DNA of 64,000 nucleotides from Bacilli bacterium (GCA_045130875.1 JBGUQI010000022.1:215795-279794); one strand, 5' to 3'; positions 10,590-20,601 are shown, counted from the stretch's first letter. Notes: generated by a model from the sequence alone, not told the origin. Translations and numbers: made by a program.

Positions 10590-11597
10590 CTATTCGGACT
10601 CTTGAGCTTTTTTAGCTTCTTTAATTTGTTTGATTAATTCTTCTTCGATATCTTCGTTGCTCTTGAGATAGTCTTTAGCAGCTTCTCTACCTTGAGCAAT
10701 CTTTTGACCTTGATATTCGAACCAGGAACCACTCTTCTTGATGAATCCTAATTCACAAGCGAGGTCTAAGATTTCACCAGTCTTGGAAATACCTTGACCA
10801 TAGATGATATCGATTTCACATTGTTTAAATGGTGGGGAAACTTTGTTCTTAACAATCTTGATGCGGCAGGTATTACCATAGATATCCGCGCCTGTCTTTA
10901 AAGCTTCAGTTCTTCTGATATCGATTCTGATAGAAGCATAGAACTTTAATGCTCTACCACCAGATGTGGTTTCAGGGTTGCCATATAAGACACCAACTTT
11001 TTCTCTTAATTGGTTGATGAAGATTACTGCGCATTCTTTCTTATTGAGAATGGCGGCAATCTTTCTCATCGCTTTAGACATAAGTCTAGCTTGCATACCA
11101 ACAGAGCTATCACCCATTTCGCCATCTAATTCCGCTTGTGGGACTAAGGCGGCGACTGAGTCGACGATAATTAAACTAATCGCACCACTATTGGCGAGCA
11201 TCTCTGCGATTTCAAGAGCTTGTTCACCGGAATCTGGTTGAGAAAGAATTAATTCATCGATATCAACGCCTAAGTTTTTCGCATAGACTGGATCGATTGC
11301 ATGTTCTGCATCGATGAATGCTGCTCTACCACCACGCTTTTGACATTCCGCAATAGCGTGTAAAGCTAATGTGGTTTTACCACTGGATTCAGGACCAAAG
11401 ATTTCAATGATTCTTCCTTTGGGGTATCCACCAACACCTAAGGCTTCATCAAGTAATAATGAACCACTAGGGATGACGTCGACATCAACTGCAGGTCTTT
11501 CACCGAGTTTCATGACGCTGCCTTTGCCGAACATCTTTTCAATTTGTCGTAGTGTATCGTCTAATGACACTACATTTTCTTTTTCGTTTTTTGCCAT
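10590..11597 (-). CDS. recA: Recombinase RecA
   Basis: The Walker A motif GPESSGKTT is present and conservation runs the full length (…[11 protein letters not shown]…). Confidence 0.95.
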   Translation of the reverse strand: MAKNEKENVVSLDDTLRQIEKMFGKGSVMKLGERPAVDVDVIPSGSLLLDEALGVGGYPKGRIIEIFGPESSGKTTLALHAIAECQKRGGRAAFIDAEHAIDPVYAKNLGVDIDELILSQPDSGEQALEIAEMLANSGAISLIIVDSVAALVPQAELDGEMGDSSVGMQARLMSKAMRKIAAILNKKECAVIFINQLREKVGVLYGNPETTSGGRALKFYASIRIDIRRTEALKTGADIYGNTCRIKIVKNKVSPPFKQCEIDIIYGQGISKTGEILDLACELGFIKKSGSWFEYQGQKIAQGREAAKDYLKSNEDIEEELIKQIKEAKKAQESE

Positions 11598-11651
11598 AAA
11601 TTCACCTCTACCAATATAAATAGTGTGTATTTTCGATTTCTTTGTCAGAAA

Positions 11652-12113
11652 TTATGAAATTTTTTTAAATAATTTTTCTAAAGCGTATTGGACAGCTTCA
11701 TCTTGAATCTGTTCTCTTTCGCCATTTAAGTTTAACTTATAGATTTCCGCAGATGTCTTATCAGCAATACCGATATAGACCTCACCAACTGGTTTACCTT
11801 CCATGGCTTCTGGTCCGGCATTTCCAGTAAAGGAAACACAGACATCAACGTTTAATACTTTTCTTCCATTACGCACCATTGCATATGCAATCTCTTTACT
11901 GACGACGCCAAACTCTTTAACTTCTTTTTCATCGATACCTAAGAGTTTGATCTTCTCTTCAGTCGCGTAGGTCACTAGTCCACCCTTGTAGAATTTACTA
12001 GCCCCACCTTTGCTGGTTATCGTAGAAGCAAAAAGACCACCCGTAAAAGATTCGACAGAACCAAGGGTTAATCCTTTGTTAATGAAGGCTTTCTTAAGCT
12101 TCTCGATTGTCAT
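11652..12113 (-). CDS. CinA C-terminal domain protein (nicotinamide-nucleotide amidohydrolase PncC-like)
   Basis: A 153-aa CinA_C domain sits between pgsA and recA, as in the B. subtilis pgsA-cinA-recA arrangement. Confidence 0.75.
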   Translation of the reverse strand: MTIEKLKKAFINKGLTLGSVESFTGGLFASTITSKGGASKFYKGGLVTYATEEKIKLLGIDEKEVKEFGVVSKEIAYAMVRNGRKVLNVDVCVSFTGNAGPEAMEGKPVGEVYIGIADKTSAEIYKLNLNGEREQIQDEAVQYALEKLFKKIS

Positions 12114-12741
12114 CTTTCTTTTCTTCCTTTAATACGTGTGCGTATTTAACCACGTAAATAATTCCAGAAATCACTGAAGCAGCGGTACAGAGATAAACCG
12201 CAATTCTCGCTACCCATTGATGATCAAAATAGTTAAATGGCCAGCTATTGAGTAGCACTAAACCAACAGCCACCATCTCTAAGACGGTTTTCATCTTACC
12301 GAAGATATTGGCTCCGATAACAACACCCTTTTGGGCAGCGATAAATCTTAAAGCATCCACCACTATATCTCTAGCTACTAACAAGATAGCGCACCAGATA
12401 GAGAAGGTCATTTGTCCTTCGGGAACATAAGTGGGTTTAACGATCAAAAATATGACCATGGAGTTGATTAAAAGCTTATCTGCCACAGGGTCTAAGAACT
12501 TGCCTAAATTAGTAACTTGATTGTTCTTTCTCGCTAAATAACCATCTAAAAAGTCGGTAAAACTCGCAATAACGAAGAAAATAAATAATCCTAAGTATAA
12601 CCAGTTGATACCGGTATTAGGGATGTTAGGGATGCTAAAATCAAGTACCGCTAATTTGATGAAATATAATGTCACTAAGGCGACAATCATTAATGCGATA
12701 GCAATGATTCTAGAGAATGTGATTTTGGTTGGTGTGTTCAT
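12094..12741 (-). CDS. pgsA: CDP-diacylglycerol--glycerol-3-phosphate 3-phosphatidyltransferase
   Basis: The CDP-alcohol phosphatidyltransferase motif (DGYLAR...G...D...D) is present in a multi-TM protein. Confidence 0.85.
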   Translation of the reverse strand: MNTPTKITFSRIIAIALMIVALVTLYFIKLAVLDFSIPNIPNTGINWLYLGLFIFFVIASFTDFLDGYLARKNNQVTNLGKFLDPVADKLLINSMVIFLIVKPTYVPEGQMTFSIWCAILLVARDIVVDALRFIAAQKGVVIGANIFGKMKTVLEMVAVGLVLLNSWPFNYFDHQWVARIAVYLCTAASVISGIIYVVKYAHVLKEEKKDDNREA

Positions 12742-12751
12742 ATTTCTCCTA

Positions 12752-13095
12752 GTGAGTATTCGATCCTGTAAGCCATGTTTTGTCTAGGACAATTATTTAT
12801 CTAAGCAATGCTTACCAATCTCTGTTCGATTCCTTCGATTGATCTCCCCTACCAAATTTGGGTTTCTTGCTTGTGGGGTTTACCGCGTTCCACTTTCATG
12901 TTTCCATGAAACTTCGTCACTGTGGCACTTTCAGGAGTATCACCATAGTTTCCCTTAGGTCTTCCTCCGCCGTCACGCACTCCTGCGTGCCTAACGTTAT
13001 TTTTTCCGTTAGCGCAATCACTACGAGCATCACAGCTCGTGCAAGCATGGACTTTCCTCTAGCCGTAGCCAGCAATTATCCAGACCGAATGTTAT
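12752..13095 (-). ncRNA. rnpB: RNase P RNA, bacterial type B
   Basis: The minus strand reads ...AGAGGAAAGUCCAUGCUUGCAC...GAAAGUGCCACAGUGACGAAGU...GUGGAACGCGGUAAACCCC...GAGAAACCCAAAUUUGGUAGGGGA...AACAUGGCUUACAG. This matches the B. subtilis RNase P RNA conserved regions nearly base for base. It lies immediately downstream of gpsB, as in B. subtilis. The plus-strand 'ORF' at 12858-13163 is an artefact. Confidence 0.9.
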
Positions 13096-13454
13096 TTTAT
13101 ATTATTGGGATTAAACCCATTTTGCCAGAGAAATGTTTCAAGACGACGAATTCTCTTAATTAAATCGAGATTTTCATCTGTGACTTTGTCACCTTCTTTA
13201 ACTCCGGCGTATTTGGTTTTTAAACGGCCTAATTGAAGTTCTAAATCCGCTTTATCTTTTTCAAGTTTCTCAATCTTTGCGTTAAGTTTTTCGAGTTCTT
13301 CTTTACTGAGAAGATTATTAGCTTCGATCTTTTCATAATCGTGCATAATTCTATCTAAGAACTTATCGACCTCATATGGATCGTATCCACGAGGAACGGC
13401 CTTGAAGAATTTTTCACTGATCTGTTCACTTGATAAAACTAGTTTAATCGCCAT
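13092..13454 (-). CDS. gpsB: Cell-cycle protein GpsB (DivIVA-domain)
   Basis: A 120-aa protein with an N-terminal DivIVA domain (FKAVPRGYDPYEVDKFLDRI) and a C-terminal coiled coil. It is adjacent to rnpB. Confidence 0.75.
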   Translation of the reverse strand: MAIKLVLSSEQISEKFFKAVPRGYDPYEVDKFLDRIMHDYEKIEANNLLSKEELEKLNAKIEKLEKDKADLELQLGRLKTKYAGVKEGDKVTDENLDLIKRIRRLETFLWQNGFNPNNIK

Positions 13455-13546
13455 ATAAAAACCTCTTAACTATGATAATATAGTTATATGACTATTTCAA
13501 TCTTTTTTCTTTTGAAAAAAGAATATAAGTGTTATAATATCGAGCG

Positions 13547-14281
13547 ATGAATAAGAAATTATTAAAGTGTCTTAGAGGTAATAAAGTATTGGTGTTTCTC
13601 GATTTCGAGGGCACACAGTTTTCCCATGAGATGATTGCTATCGGAGGACTTACGGTTACCATCGATCCTAAGACAGGAAGAATTAAAAAGAGAAAAGACC
13701 CCTTTAAGATTTATGTCAGAGCCCACAACAAGATAGGTGGCTATGTCACTAACTTAACAGGTATCAGTGAACAAACATTAAAAGAAAAAGGTGTGGTCTT
13801 TGATACTGCGATGAAAGCCTTAAAGAAATATGTCGGTATCAATTTCAAGAAAGCCACATATGTCACATTCGGTAATCATGATTTAAGGATTTTAAATCAA
13901 TCTATCGCTTATAATCTTGCTTATCCTAAAGAAGTAACATCACAAATTCAAAAGAACTATTTTGATTATTCCGCTTTTATCAGCGAATACATTAGAGATG
14001 AAAAAGGTAATCCTTTAAGCTTAGTCCACTACTGCGAATTATTTGGAGTTCCAGAAGCGGGTGCCGCTCATGACCCAGAAGTCGATGCTATTAACTTAGC
14101 TAATCTCTATGATGCCTTCTTAGTAAATACTAACCTTGTTGTCGCAGAATATAAGAAGCATCTCAAATTACATAATTCCAATCTTCCTGCTCCAATCGCT
14201 AAAGCGGTTGTCCGTTTAGTCAGTGGCGAAACAGTCACCGCTCAAGAGTTTGAAGATGAAATCAGAAAGTATTTATCATAA
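13547..14281 (+). CDS. DEDDh-family 3'-5' exonuclease (DnaQ-like)
   Basis: The Exo I motif FLDFEGT and the Exo III motif HDPEVDA are present. Confidence 0.7.
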   Translation: MNKKLLKCLRGNKVLVFLDFEGTQFSHEMIAIGGLTVTIDPKTGRIKKRKDPFKIYVRAHNKIGGYVTNLTGISEQTLKEKGVVFDTAMKALKKYVGINFKKATYVTFGNHDLRILNQSIAYNLAYPKEVTSQIQKNYFDYSAFISEYIRDEKGNPLSLVHYCELFGVPEAGAAHDPEVDAINLANLYDAFLVNTNLVVAEYKKHLKLHNSNLPAPIAKAVVRLVSGETVTAQEFEDEIRKYLS

Positions 14282-14883
14282 TGATTAGATATCCAAACGG
14301 TACACAATATAACCCTATCGGTAAAAAGAAAAGAGAGAGTAAAAAGAGCAAAGAGGATCTCTCTATTTCTGCATCCAATAGAGGTATGAACTTAGAGAAT
14401 GATATTAATATCTCTAATGAATACTACACAGATAATGGCATTGCCTTAATTACTAAAAGACCCACTCCTATTAACATAGTTAAAGTTGATTATTCTAGAG
14501 GCGCAAGAATCACTGATGCTTACTTCGAAAAACAATCCACGACTGACTATAACGGAGTATATAAAGGCAAATACTTAGACTTTGAAGCCAAGAACACAAA
14601 GAACAAAACAAGTTTCCCATTAAGCAATATTGAAGACCACCAGATTCTTCATCTTAAGAGAGTTATCGAGCAAGGTGGAATAGCGTTCTTCATTATCCAA
14701 TTCCAGCTCCTCAATGAAGTCTATCTCCTCGATGCTTCCTTCGTCATTCACTTCTATGAAAAAGGTAAAAGAAAATCCATCCCTTATGAAATCTTCAAAT
14801 CGGATGGAATACTAATTAAACAAGGATATAATCCACGCCTCTATTATCTAGATGCGGTAGAAGAAAAATATTTCAAAAAGTAG
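14281..14883 (+). CDS. recU: Holliday junction resolvase RecU
   Basis: The N-terminus MIRYPNG...SNRGM.LE..IN..N.YY and the PTP...V motif resemble B. subtilis RecU. The ATG overlaps the stop of the upstream gene. Confidence 0.85.
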   Translation: MIRYPNGTQYNPIGKKKRESKKSKEDLSISASNRGMNLENDINISNEYYTDNGIALITKRPTPINIVKVDYSRGARITDAYFEKQSTTDYNGVYKGKYLDFEAKNTKNKTSFPLSNIEDHQILHLKRVIEQGGIAFFIIQFQLLNEVYLLDASFVIHFYEKGKRKSIPYEIFKSDGILIKQGYNPRLYYLDAVEEKYFKK

Positions 14884-14892
14884 CGGAATCCG

Positions 14893-15522
14893 CTATTTTT
14901 TTGTGCAAATCTCACATAATTTGCAATTTTCACAGTGGGGATTTCTGGCCACACAGACATCTCTTCCAAAGTGAATTAATTGATGATGTAACTTAATCCA
15001 ATCTTCTTTCGGGAAGAGTTTTTTGAGTTTCATTTCAGTATCATAAGCATCATCTTCAAGACTCGCTAATTTAAGTCTTTTGGTGATTCTTAAAATATGG
15101 GTATCAACTGGTAAATCAGGTATCTTAAACACTTCCGCTCTAATGACACCTGCAGTCTTGTTCCCTACACCAGGCATATTCTGTAATAAGTCCTTATCAG
15201 AAGGAAGGACACCATTAAAGTTATCTAATATGTATTTAGCGATTTCGATAACATGTTTGGCCTTATTCTTATATAAACCAATAGAATGGATGATATCTTC
15301 CACCATGTTTAAATCAGCATTCGCTAATGCTTCTAAAGTTGGATATGTTTTAAATAAATTTTCAGTAACTTTATTAACAGCAATATCGGTTGTCTGCGCG
15401 GATAACATCACCGCGATAACTAATTCATAATCTTTGTTATATTTTAGTTCACAACCAACATTAGGATATCTTTCATCAAGGAAGGAAGTGATGAGAGATA
15501 GTTTATTTCTTTTCGTCATCAT
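14893..15522 (-). CDS. nth: Endonuclease III
   Basis: The HhH-GPD motif (LPGVGNKTA) and the C-terminal 4Fe-4S cluster (C-x6-C-x2-C-x5-C) are present. Confidence 0.9.
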   Translation of the reverse strand: MMTKRNKLSLITSFLDERYPNVGCELKYNKDYELVIAVMLSAQTTDIAVNKVTENLFKTYPTLEALANADLNMVEDIIHSIGLYKNKAKHVIEIAKYILDNFNGVLPSDKDLLQNMPGVGNKTAGVIRAEVFKIPDLPVDTHILRITKRLKLASLEDDAYDTEMKLKKLFPKEDWIKLHHQLIHFGRDVCVARNPHCENCKLCEICTKK

Positions 15523-16165
15523 TTAATTCAGATAACCAAGGGGTTTTTGCGATACGAATGGTCTCTTCGAGATTCTTATTCCAGTTCGCATCCATTGTGG
15601 TTCTGCCTTCCGCTTCGATATCATCTCTTTCGGACCAGGCTAATAATATCTTATCGACACTTCTAAAGGATTTCTTTCCTTTGGAAATGGCTTCTTTCAT
15701 CGCATTGATGATTCTGTCATCACTATATCCATAGGATATCCATTCTCTAATCTTAGAGAATTCAATCTGGGATAAAGGACGATTGAAGATCTTTTCCGCT
15801 TCACCATAGACGTTATTCACTCTATCGGAGACTTCTTTTTTATTCTTACTATCTTCTTCAAAAGAAGACATCATTTGGAATTCTCTAAAGAGCTTGGCTT
15901 TAAGTGGGTCTAAAGATGTCACTGTCTTATTTCCGCGAGTGACATATTCGATAAAACCACGATCCACGAGTCCCGCGAGAATGCGGTCGATATCTTGAAT
16001 CTTTAAGGACATCTTTAAAGACAATAAATCAGGATTGATAAAGGGATTACCTTGACCAATCAAATGATCAATCATAAAAAGCACCGCGAGTTCATTCTCG
16101 TTGATGTTTATTTTTTTGTAACTCTCTAATAAGAGAAAACGGAAATCAATAGCTTCGGAAATCAT
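15503..16165 (-). CDS. dnaD: DnaD-domain replication initiation/membrane attachment protein
   Basis: A DnaD/DnaB C-terminal domain is present, and the gene lies upstream of nth as in B. subtilis dnaD-nth. Confidence 0.7.
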   Translation of the reverse strand: MISEAIDFRFLLLESYKKININENELAVLFMIDHLIGQGNPFINPDLLSLKMSLKIQDIDRILAGLVDRGFIEYVTRGNKTVTSLDPLKAKLFREFQMMSSFEEDSKNKKEVSDRVNNVYGEAEKIFNRPLSQIEFSKIREWISYGYSDDRIINAMKEAISKGKKSFRSVDKILLAWSERDDIEAEGRTTMDANWNKNLEETIRIAKTPWLSELNDDEKK

Positions 16166-16171
16166 GTGTCA

Positions 16172-16873
16172 TTATTCTATCGCATCTAAATAAGATTGGA
16201 TATTGTATTTTTTAAAATATTTAAGAATTCTCTCTTTGTTAGTGCATCTAATCTTTTTAATGTCCTGTTTAATCTTCTCGATATTGAGGTTTTTCAATAG
16301 GTCAATATTATCTCTAATCGCATTATCTAATTCGCTTTCAATATTTAAGTCAAAATCTATAGCAAATCTAATCGCACGGATGATTCGTAATGGGTCTTCT
16401 TTTAACCTATTTTCTGGTTTACCAATCACCCTTAAAAGATGGTTTTCTAAATCCGCTTTACCTTTCACATAATCAATAACTTTGAGATCCTTATCCATAT
16501 ATAAACCATTGATGGTAAAGTCTCTTCTTAAAACATCAACATAAAGGTCTTTCACGAATTCAATCTTTCCAGGATGTCTGCTATCTAGATAGGAGTTTTC
16601 TTTTCTTAACGTAGTGATATCGAACTTCACACCATCACTATCTTTATAAGAAACACTTCCGTATTTAGCGAAAACAAAGTTTGCTTCTGGTAAGAACTCT
16701 TCTATCTCATCTGGAATAGCGTCAGTTACCACATCCATATCAGTAAGTGGCAAGCCTAAAAGATAATCTCTAACAGTTCCACCCACTAAAAACAAAGAAT
16801 AACCATTCTTTTCAAATAATGTGACTAGTTCTAAATAGTTCTTAATCAAATCCATCTTATTTATTATAAACAA
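16172..16873 (-). CDS. tRNA nucleotidyltransferase/poly(A) polymerase head-domain protein (short, 233 aa)
   Basis: It has the class-II nucleotidyltransferase head (GG.VRD.LLG....D.D) and the RRD motif. It lacks the usual body and tail domains of a ~400-aa CCA enzyme. Confidence 0.65.
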   Translation of the reverse strand: MFIINKMDLIKNYLELVTLFEKNGYSLFLVGGTVRDYLLGLPLTDMDVVTDAIPDEIEEFLPEANFVFAKYGSVSYKDSDGVKFDITTLRKENSYLDSRHPGKIEFVKDLYVDVLRRDFTINGLYMDKDLKVIDYVKGKADLENHLLRVIGKPENRLKEDPLRIIRAIRFAIDFDLNIESELDNAIRDNIDLLKNLNIEKIKQDIKKIRCTNKERILKYFKKYNIQSYLDAIE

Positions 16874-16930
16874 ATAAGGATAAAAAAATAAGAGGAATGA
16901 CCTCTTATCTTTTGAAAGGAATAAAACAAA

Positions 16931-17215
16931 CTATTTGTTTAATTTCGCTTTAATAGCCTTGGATGGTTTGAAGGAAATAGCACGGCTTTCCTTAATGGTG
17001 ATGAGGGTATGCTTTTTAGGATCAGTACCCACTCTTTGTTTTCTCACTTTTGGAGTAAAAGCACCAAAACCAGTAATATTGACTTCGCGGCCTGCTAATA
17101 ATGCTTTTTCCATTAATTCGAACGCGATTTCAATGGCGTTATCAGCATCTTTCTTGCTGAGATGGGCTTTTTCTGCGACTTGTTCAATTAAGTCACGCTT
17201 GTTTAATTTTTGCAT
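16931..17215 (-). CDS. hup: DNA-binding protein HU
   Basis: A 94-aa protein with the HU/IHF fold signature (GFGAF...R.GTDPK...I). Confidence 0.85.
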   Translation of the reverse strand: MQKLNKRDLIEQVAEKAHLSKKDADNAIEIAFELMEKALLAGREVNITGFGAFTPKVRKQRVGTDPKKHTLITIKESRAISFKPSKAIKAKLNK

Positions 17216-17255
17216 TTTGATTCTCCCCTTTTTTCAAACACTAAAAGTTATTATA

Positions 17256-18566
17256 TCATTCTTTGCGGTTTCTCACTACGAGATTTATTGGTGTACCTTC
17301 GAAATTAAATGTCTCGCGTAATCTGTTCTCTAGATATCTTAGATATGAGAAGTGCATCCACTCAGAATTATTTACAAATAATACGATTGTTGGAGGTGCC
17401 GATGATACCTGAGAACAATAGAGGATCTTAATTCTTCCTCCATTGAAGTTAGGACTGGGATTCATCATCTGAGCATCCTGCATAACATCGTTTAATAATG
17501 AGGTCTTAACTCTAGTATGATAAGCTTCATGAACCATCATTAAAGTTTCAAAAATCGTGTCAATTCTCTGCTTTTTTAATGCAGAAACAAAGCAAATCGG
17601 CGCATAATCTAAGAATTTATACTCCTGTCTAATCCACTTTGTCATCTCACTAATCGTGTTGGTTTGCTTATCCACTAAGTCATATTTATTGACCACGATA
17701 ATGATGGCTTTATGTAAATCAGTCGCATAACTGATAACGTGTTTATCTTGTTCGGTAATACCTTCTTTACCATCGAGCACTAATAAGACAATCTCACTTC
17801 TCTCAATAGCTTTTAATGCTCTAATAGCAGAATACTTATCAATGGCTTCAAAGATCTTGCCTCTCTTCTTTAAACCAGCGGTATCAATAACCACATATTG
17901 TTGATCACCTTTGGTGAATGGAGTATCAATGGAATCTCTTGTGGTTCCAGAGATATTGCTAACAATAACTCTATCTTGATTCAATATAGCGTTCACTAAT
18001 GAGGATTTACCAACGTTAGGACGACCCACCATACAGAAGGTAATCTTCTCTTCATCCACTACTTCAGTGTCTTCTGGTAAATGTTTAACGATTTTATTTA
18101 ATAAATCACCAATTCCGATACCGTGAGCACCACTGACAATAAGGGGTTCACCAAGACCTAAACCATAGAATTCTTGAGCGTCACTCATATGGCTTCCTTC
18201 ATCGATTTTATTGACTGTGAGAATGATTGGTTTTTTAACCTTATATAGCATCTTAGATACCATTCTATCATCCGCGGTAATTCCGACCTTACCATCCACC
18301 ACAAAAACGATGACATCTGCTTCTTCAATGGCGATTTCCGCCTGCACTCTAATCTGTTCTTGGAAAGGTCTATTGGTAATTTCTATACCACCAGTATCGA
18401 TAACGGAAAAAGAACGGCCAAGCCATTCCACTTTAGAATATAGACGATCCCTTGTAATGCCGGCTTCATCATCCACAATCGCGTGGCGCTCACCCACCAT
18501 ACGATTAAAAATCGTGGACTTACCGACATTAGGAGATCCAATTATGGCTACAACGCCACAAGGCAT
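17256..18566 (-). CDS. der: GTPase Der (EngA)
   Basis: It has two tandem GTPase domains (GSPNVGKST and GRPNVGKSS with DTAG motifs) and a C-terminal KH-like domain. Confidence 0.9.
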   Translation of the reverse strand: MPCGVVAIIGSPNVGKSTIFNRMVGERHAIVDDEAGITRDRLYSKVEWLGRSFSVIDTGGIEITNRPFQEQIRVQAEIAIEEADVIVFVVDGKVGITADDRMVSKMLYKVKKPIILTVNKIDEGSHMSDAQEFYGLGLGEPLIVSGAHGIGIGDLLNKIVKHLPEDTEVVDEEKITFCMVGRPNVGKSSLVNAILNQDRVIVSNISGTTRDSIDTPFTKGDQQYVVIDTAGLKKRGKIFEAIDKYSAIRALKAIERSEIVLLVLDGKEGITEQDKHVISYATDLHKAIIIVVNKYDLVDKQTNTISEMTKWIRQEYKFLDYAPICFVSALKKQRIDTIFETLMMVHEAYHTRVKTSLLNDVMQDAQMMNPSPNFNGGRIKILYCSQVSSAPPTIVLFVNNSEWMHFSYLRYLENRLRETFNFEGTPINLVVRNRKE

Positions 18567-19267
18567 TATTTCTTTTCTCCTTTTTCCGCGAGTTTCTTAT
18601 CGATGATTTCGATAATAGCGTCCACCACTTCTTGGATGGACATAAAGGATGTATCTAGTGTCACTGCATCTTCCGCACATCTTAAAGGTGCGAAATCTCT
18701 ATGAGAGTCTATATAGTCTCTCTTTCTGACATCTTCTTCAATTTCTTCTAAGGTACAAGGAATACCTTTAGAGATATTCTCGTCATAACGACGTAAAGCT
18801 CTAGTTTCCACACTAGCAATCTGGAAGATTTTCACATCAGCGTTTGGTAAGACATATGTTCCGATATCTCTACCATCCATAATGACAGAATCCTTTTCCG
18901 CCATCGCACGTTGTTGGTCGACAAGGAATAAACGGATATCTTTATATTTAGCAATATAAGAGACATTACCGGAGACATCTGTTTGTCTGATGGCTTTAGT
19001 AACATCGATGTTATTACATAACACAGTGCCATCTGGTTTCAATTCGATACTAACTTCAGGGATTAAAGCACAAGAAGCTTTTTCATCTGTGCAATCAACA
19101 CCTTTATGTAAGCAATACCAGGTAAAAGCACGATACATAGCCCCTGTATCGATATATGTATAACCTTTAGCTTTGGCCACTAATTTCGCAACAGTGGATT
19201 TACCAGCAGCGGCAGGACCATCAACAGCAACAGCAACTTTCATAACAAATACTCCTATTTCTTCCAA
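18566..19267 (-). CDS. cmk: Cytidylate kinase
   Basis: The P-loop VDGPAAAGKST is present and the gene sits in the cmk-der arrangement. Confidence 0.85.
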   Translation of the reverse strand: MEEIGVFVMKVAVAVDGPAAAGKSTVAKLVAKAKGYTYIDTGAMYRAFTWYCLHKGVDCTDEKASCALIPEVSIELKPDGTVLCNNIDVTKAIRQTDVSGNVSYIAKYKDIRLFLVDQQRAMAEKDSVIMDGRDIGTYVLPNADVKIFQIASVETRALRRYDENISKGIPCTLEEIEEDVRKRDYIDSHRDFAPLRCAEDAVTLDTSFMSIQEVVDAIIEIIDKKLAEKGEKK

Positions 19268-19554
19268 ACTAATATCGCAAAGACGATGATACCAGCGGTT
19301 AAGAGAACTAATCCCGCAATCGTAAGAACAATCCTAAGGATTCTCATCCTCTTTTGTCGATCCACAAAAACCGCTTCTCTTTCATCATTATTAACATTCT
19401 TGATGACTTCATCCATCGGTAATGTAGAGGTGGTATCAAAATCTTCTGATTCTATGGGAATATCTTGTTCATTAGATTCATCAAAAGTAAGGGAACCTTC
19501 TTTAATAATTGAGTTACGATATTCTTTAAATCTCTCTATTCTAGATTGTGCCAT
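19255..19554 (-). CDS. Hypothetical small protein with a C-terminal TM anchor (99 aa)
   Basis: It has an acidic N-terminal region and a single C-terminal TM helix. It lies upstream of cmk. Confidence 0.4.
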   Translation of the reverse strand: MAQSRIERFKEYRNSIIKEGSLTFDESNEQDIPIESEDFDTTSTLPMDEVIKNVNNDEREAVFVDRQKRMRILRIVLTIAGLVLLTAGIIVFAILVWKK

Positions 19555-19692
19555 AAAACCTTATTTTTATTTTAATAAAATAGCTATTACATTTGTAGTA
19601 AAAAATTATCTTTTTCTTTTTGTCTATCAATTATTGAAACAAGAGCCAGAATAATATATAATTTTGACAACAAACCTAAGGAGGAAATATCG

Positions 19693-19872
19693 ATGGCCAA
19701 AAAGAAAGTCAGAATCGACCAAGGTGCATGCATCGGTTGTGCTTGCTGCGCAGGTACATATCCAGATGATTTCAGAATTGGTGATAATGGTTTAGCAGAA
19801 GTTATCGCCGATACCGCGGACGAAGAAGCCGTCAGTGTCTGCCCTGTTGGTGCAATTTCCGTAGAGGAATAA
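19693..19872 (+). CDS. Small 4Fe-4S ferredoxin (59 aa)
   Basis: This ORF falls below the ORF-track size cut-off. Its sequence is MAKKKVRIDQGACIGCACCAGTYPDDF..VCPVGAISVEE. An AAGGAGG SD lies at 19678-19684 and a -35/-10-like promoter lies upstream. A strong terminator follows the gene. Confidence 0.7.
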   Translation: MAKKKVRIDQGACIGCACCAGTYPDDFRIGDNGLAEVIADTADEEAVSVCPVGAISVEE

Positions 19873-19883
19873 TGATATAAAAA

Positions 19884-19910
19884 GCCAAGGCTTTGTGCCT
19901 TGGTTTTTTT
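19884..19910. terminator. Bidirectional rho-independent terminator between the ferredoxin gene and ribU
   Basis: A CCAAGGC-uuugu-GCCUUGG hairpin is followed by U7. A-runs on the opposite side allow it to work in both directions. Confidence 0.6.
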
Positions 19911-20601
19911 ATGCAATTTTATCGATAATTTTATGTAATCTCTTATATAAGAGAAAGGTAATGAATACCACCACTACATCCTTCATCGCATTAAATGGTA
20001 ATCCTACATAGAAGAAGAATGTCCATCCTAAGGATGTGACCCTTGGATTTGCCGCTTTACACATATTGAGGATCACCACTTTTGGCCATCCCATCATAAA
20101 GATATAGAAATCTAAGATTAAGAACGAAGTAATAAAGGCGGACACCACAACTTGAATACCGGTTGCGATAATAAGTCCAATAAGCGCCCCTTTGATACTT
20201 CTATTTTTCTTATAGAACAAAGCAGCGGGTACTACAAAGGCAACTGAGTAAATGAAATCCGCTAATTCACCAACACCCATCGTATTGGTCATCGGAAGCT
20301 TCACTAATGTCTTCACCAAGATAACAAAGAAGCCACTTAATGGACCATAAGCAAGTCCAGCGATTAAAGCGGGCACTTCATCAAAGTGGAATTCTAAAAA
20401 TGAAGGGAAGAATGGAACAGAGAATTTTAAGCCAGGAACTAAGTATAAAATAATGGAAATCGCTGCAAATAACCCGGTTCTTGCCATAAATTTGGTAGTA
20501 ATTCCACTACCTTTTTGATTTGTTTTAGCAAAGGAAAGCAATACTCCACCGAGGATGAAGGCAATCGCAATTACTAATCTTGTCAAATCAAATTTATCCA
20601 T
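19909..20601 (-). CDS. ribU: ECF-transporter substrate-specific (S) component, riboflavin (RibU-type)
   Basis: The protein has 5-6 TM helices typical of an ECF S-component and is directly preceded by an FMN riboswitch. Confidence 0.7.
   Translation of the reverse strand: MDKFDLTRLVIAIAFILGGVLLSFAKTNQKGSGITTKFMARTGLFAAISIILYLVPGLKFSVPFFPSFLEFHFDEVPALIAGLAYGPLSGFFVILVKTLVKLPMTNTMGVGELADFIYSVAFVVPAALFYKKNRSIKGALIGLIIATGIQVVVSAFITSFLILDFYIFMMGWPKVVILNMCKAANPRVTSLGWTFFFYVGLPFNAMKDVVVVFITFLLYKRLHKIIDKIA

Noticed and set aside
12858..13163. 101-aa plus-strand ORF
   Set aside because: The region is the RNase P RNA gene on the minus strand. Conservation is at the RNA level, matching B. subtilis rnpB motif for motif.
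19587..19916. 109-aa minus-strand ORF
   Set aside because: It overlaps a ferredoxin gene on the plus strand that has a perfect SD and a terminator. The minus-strand product is low-complexity.
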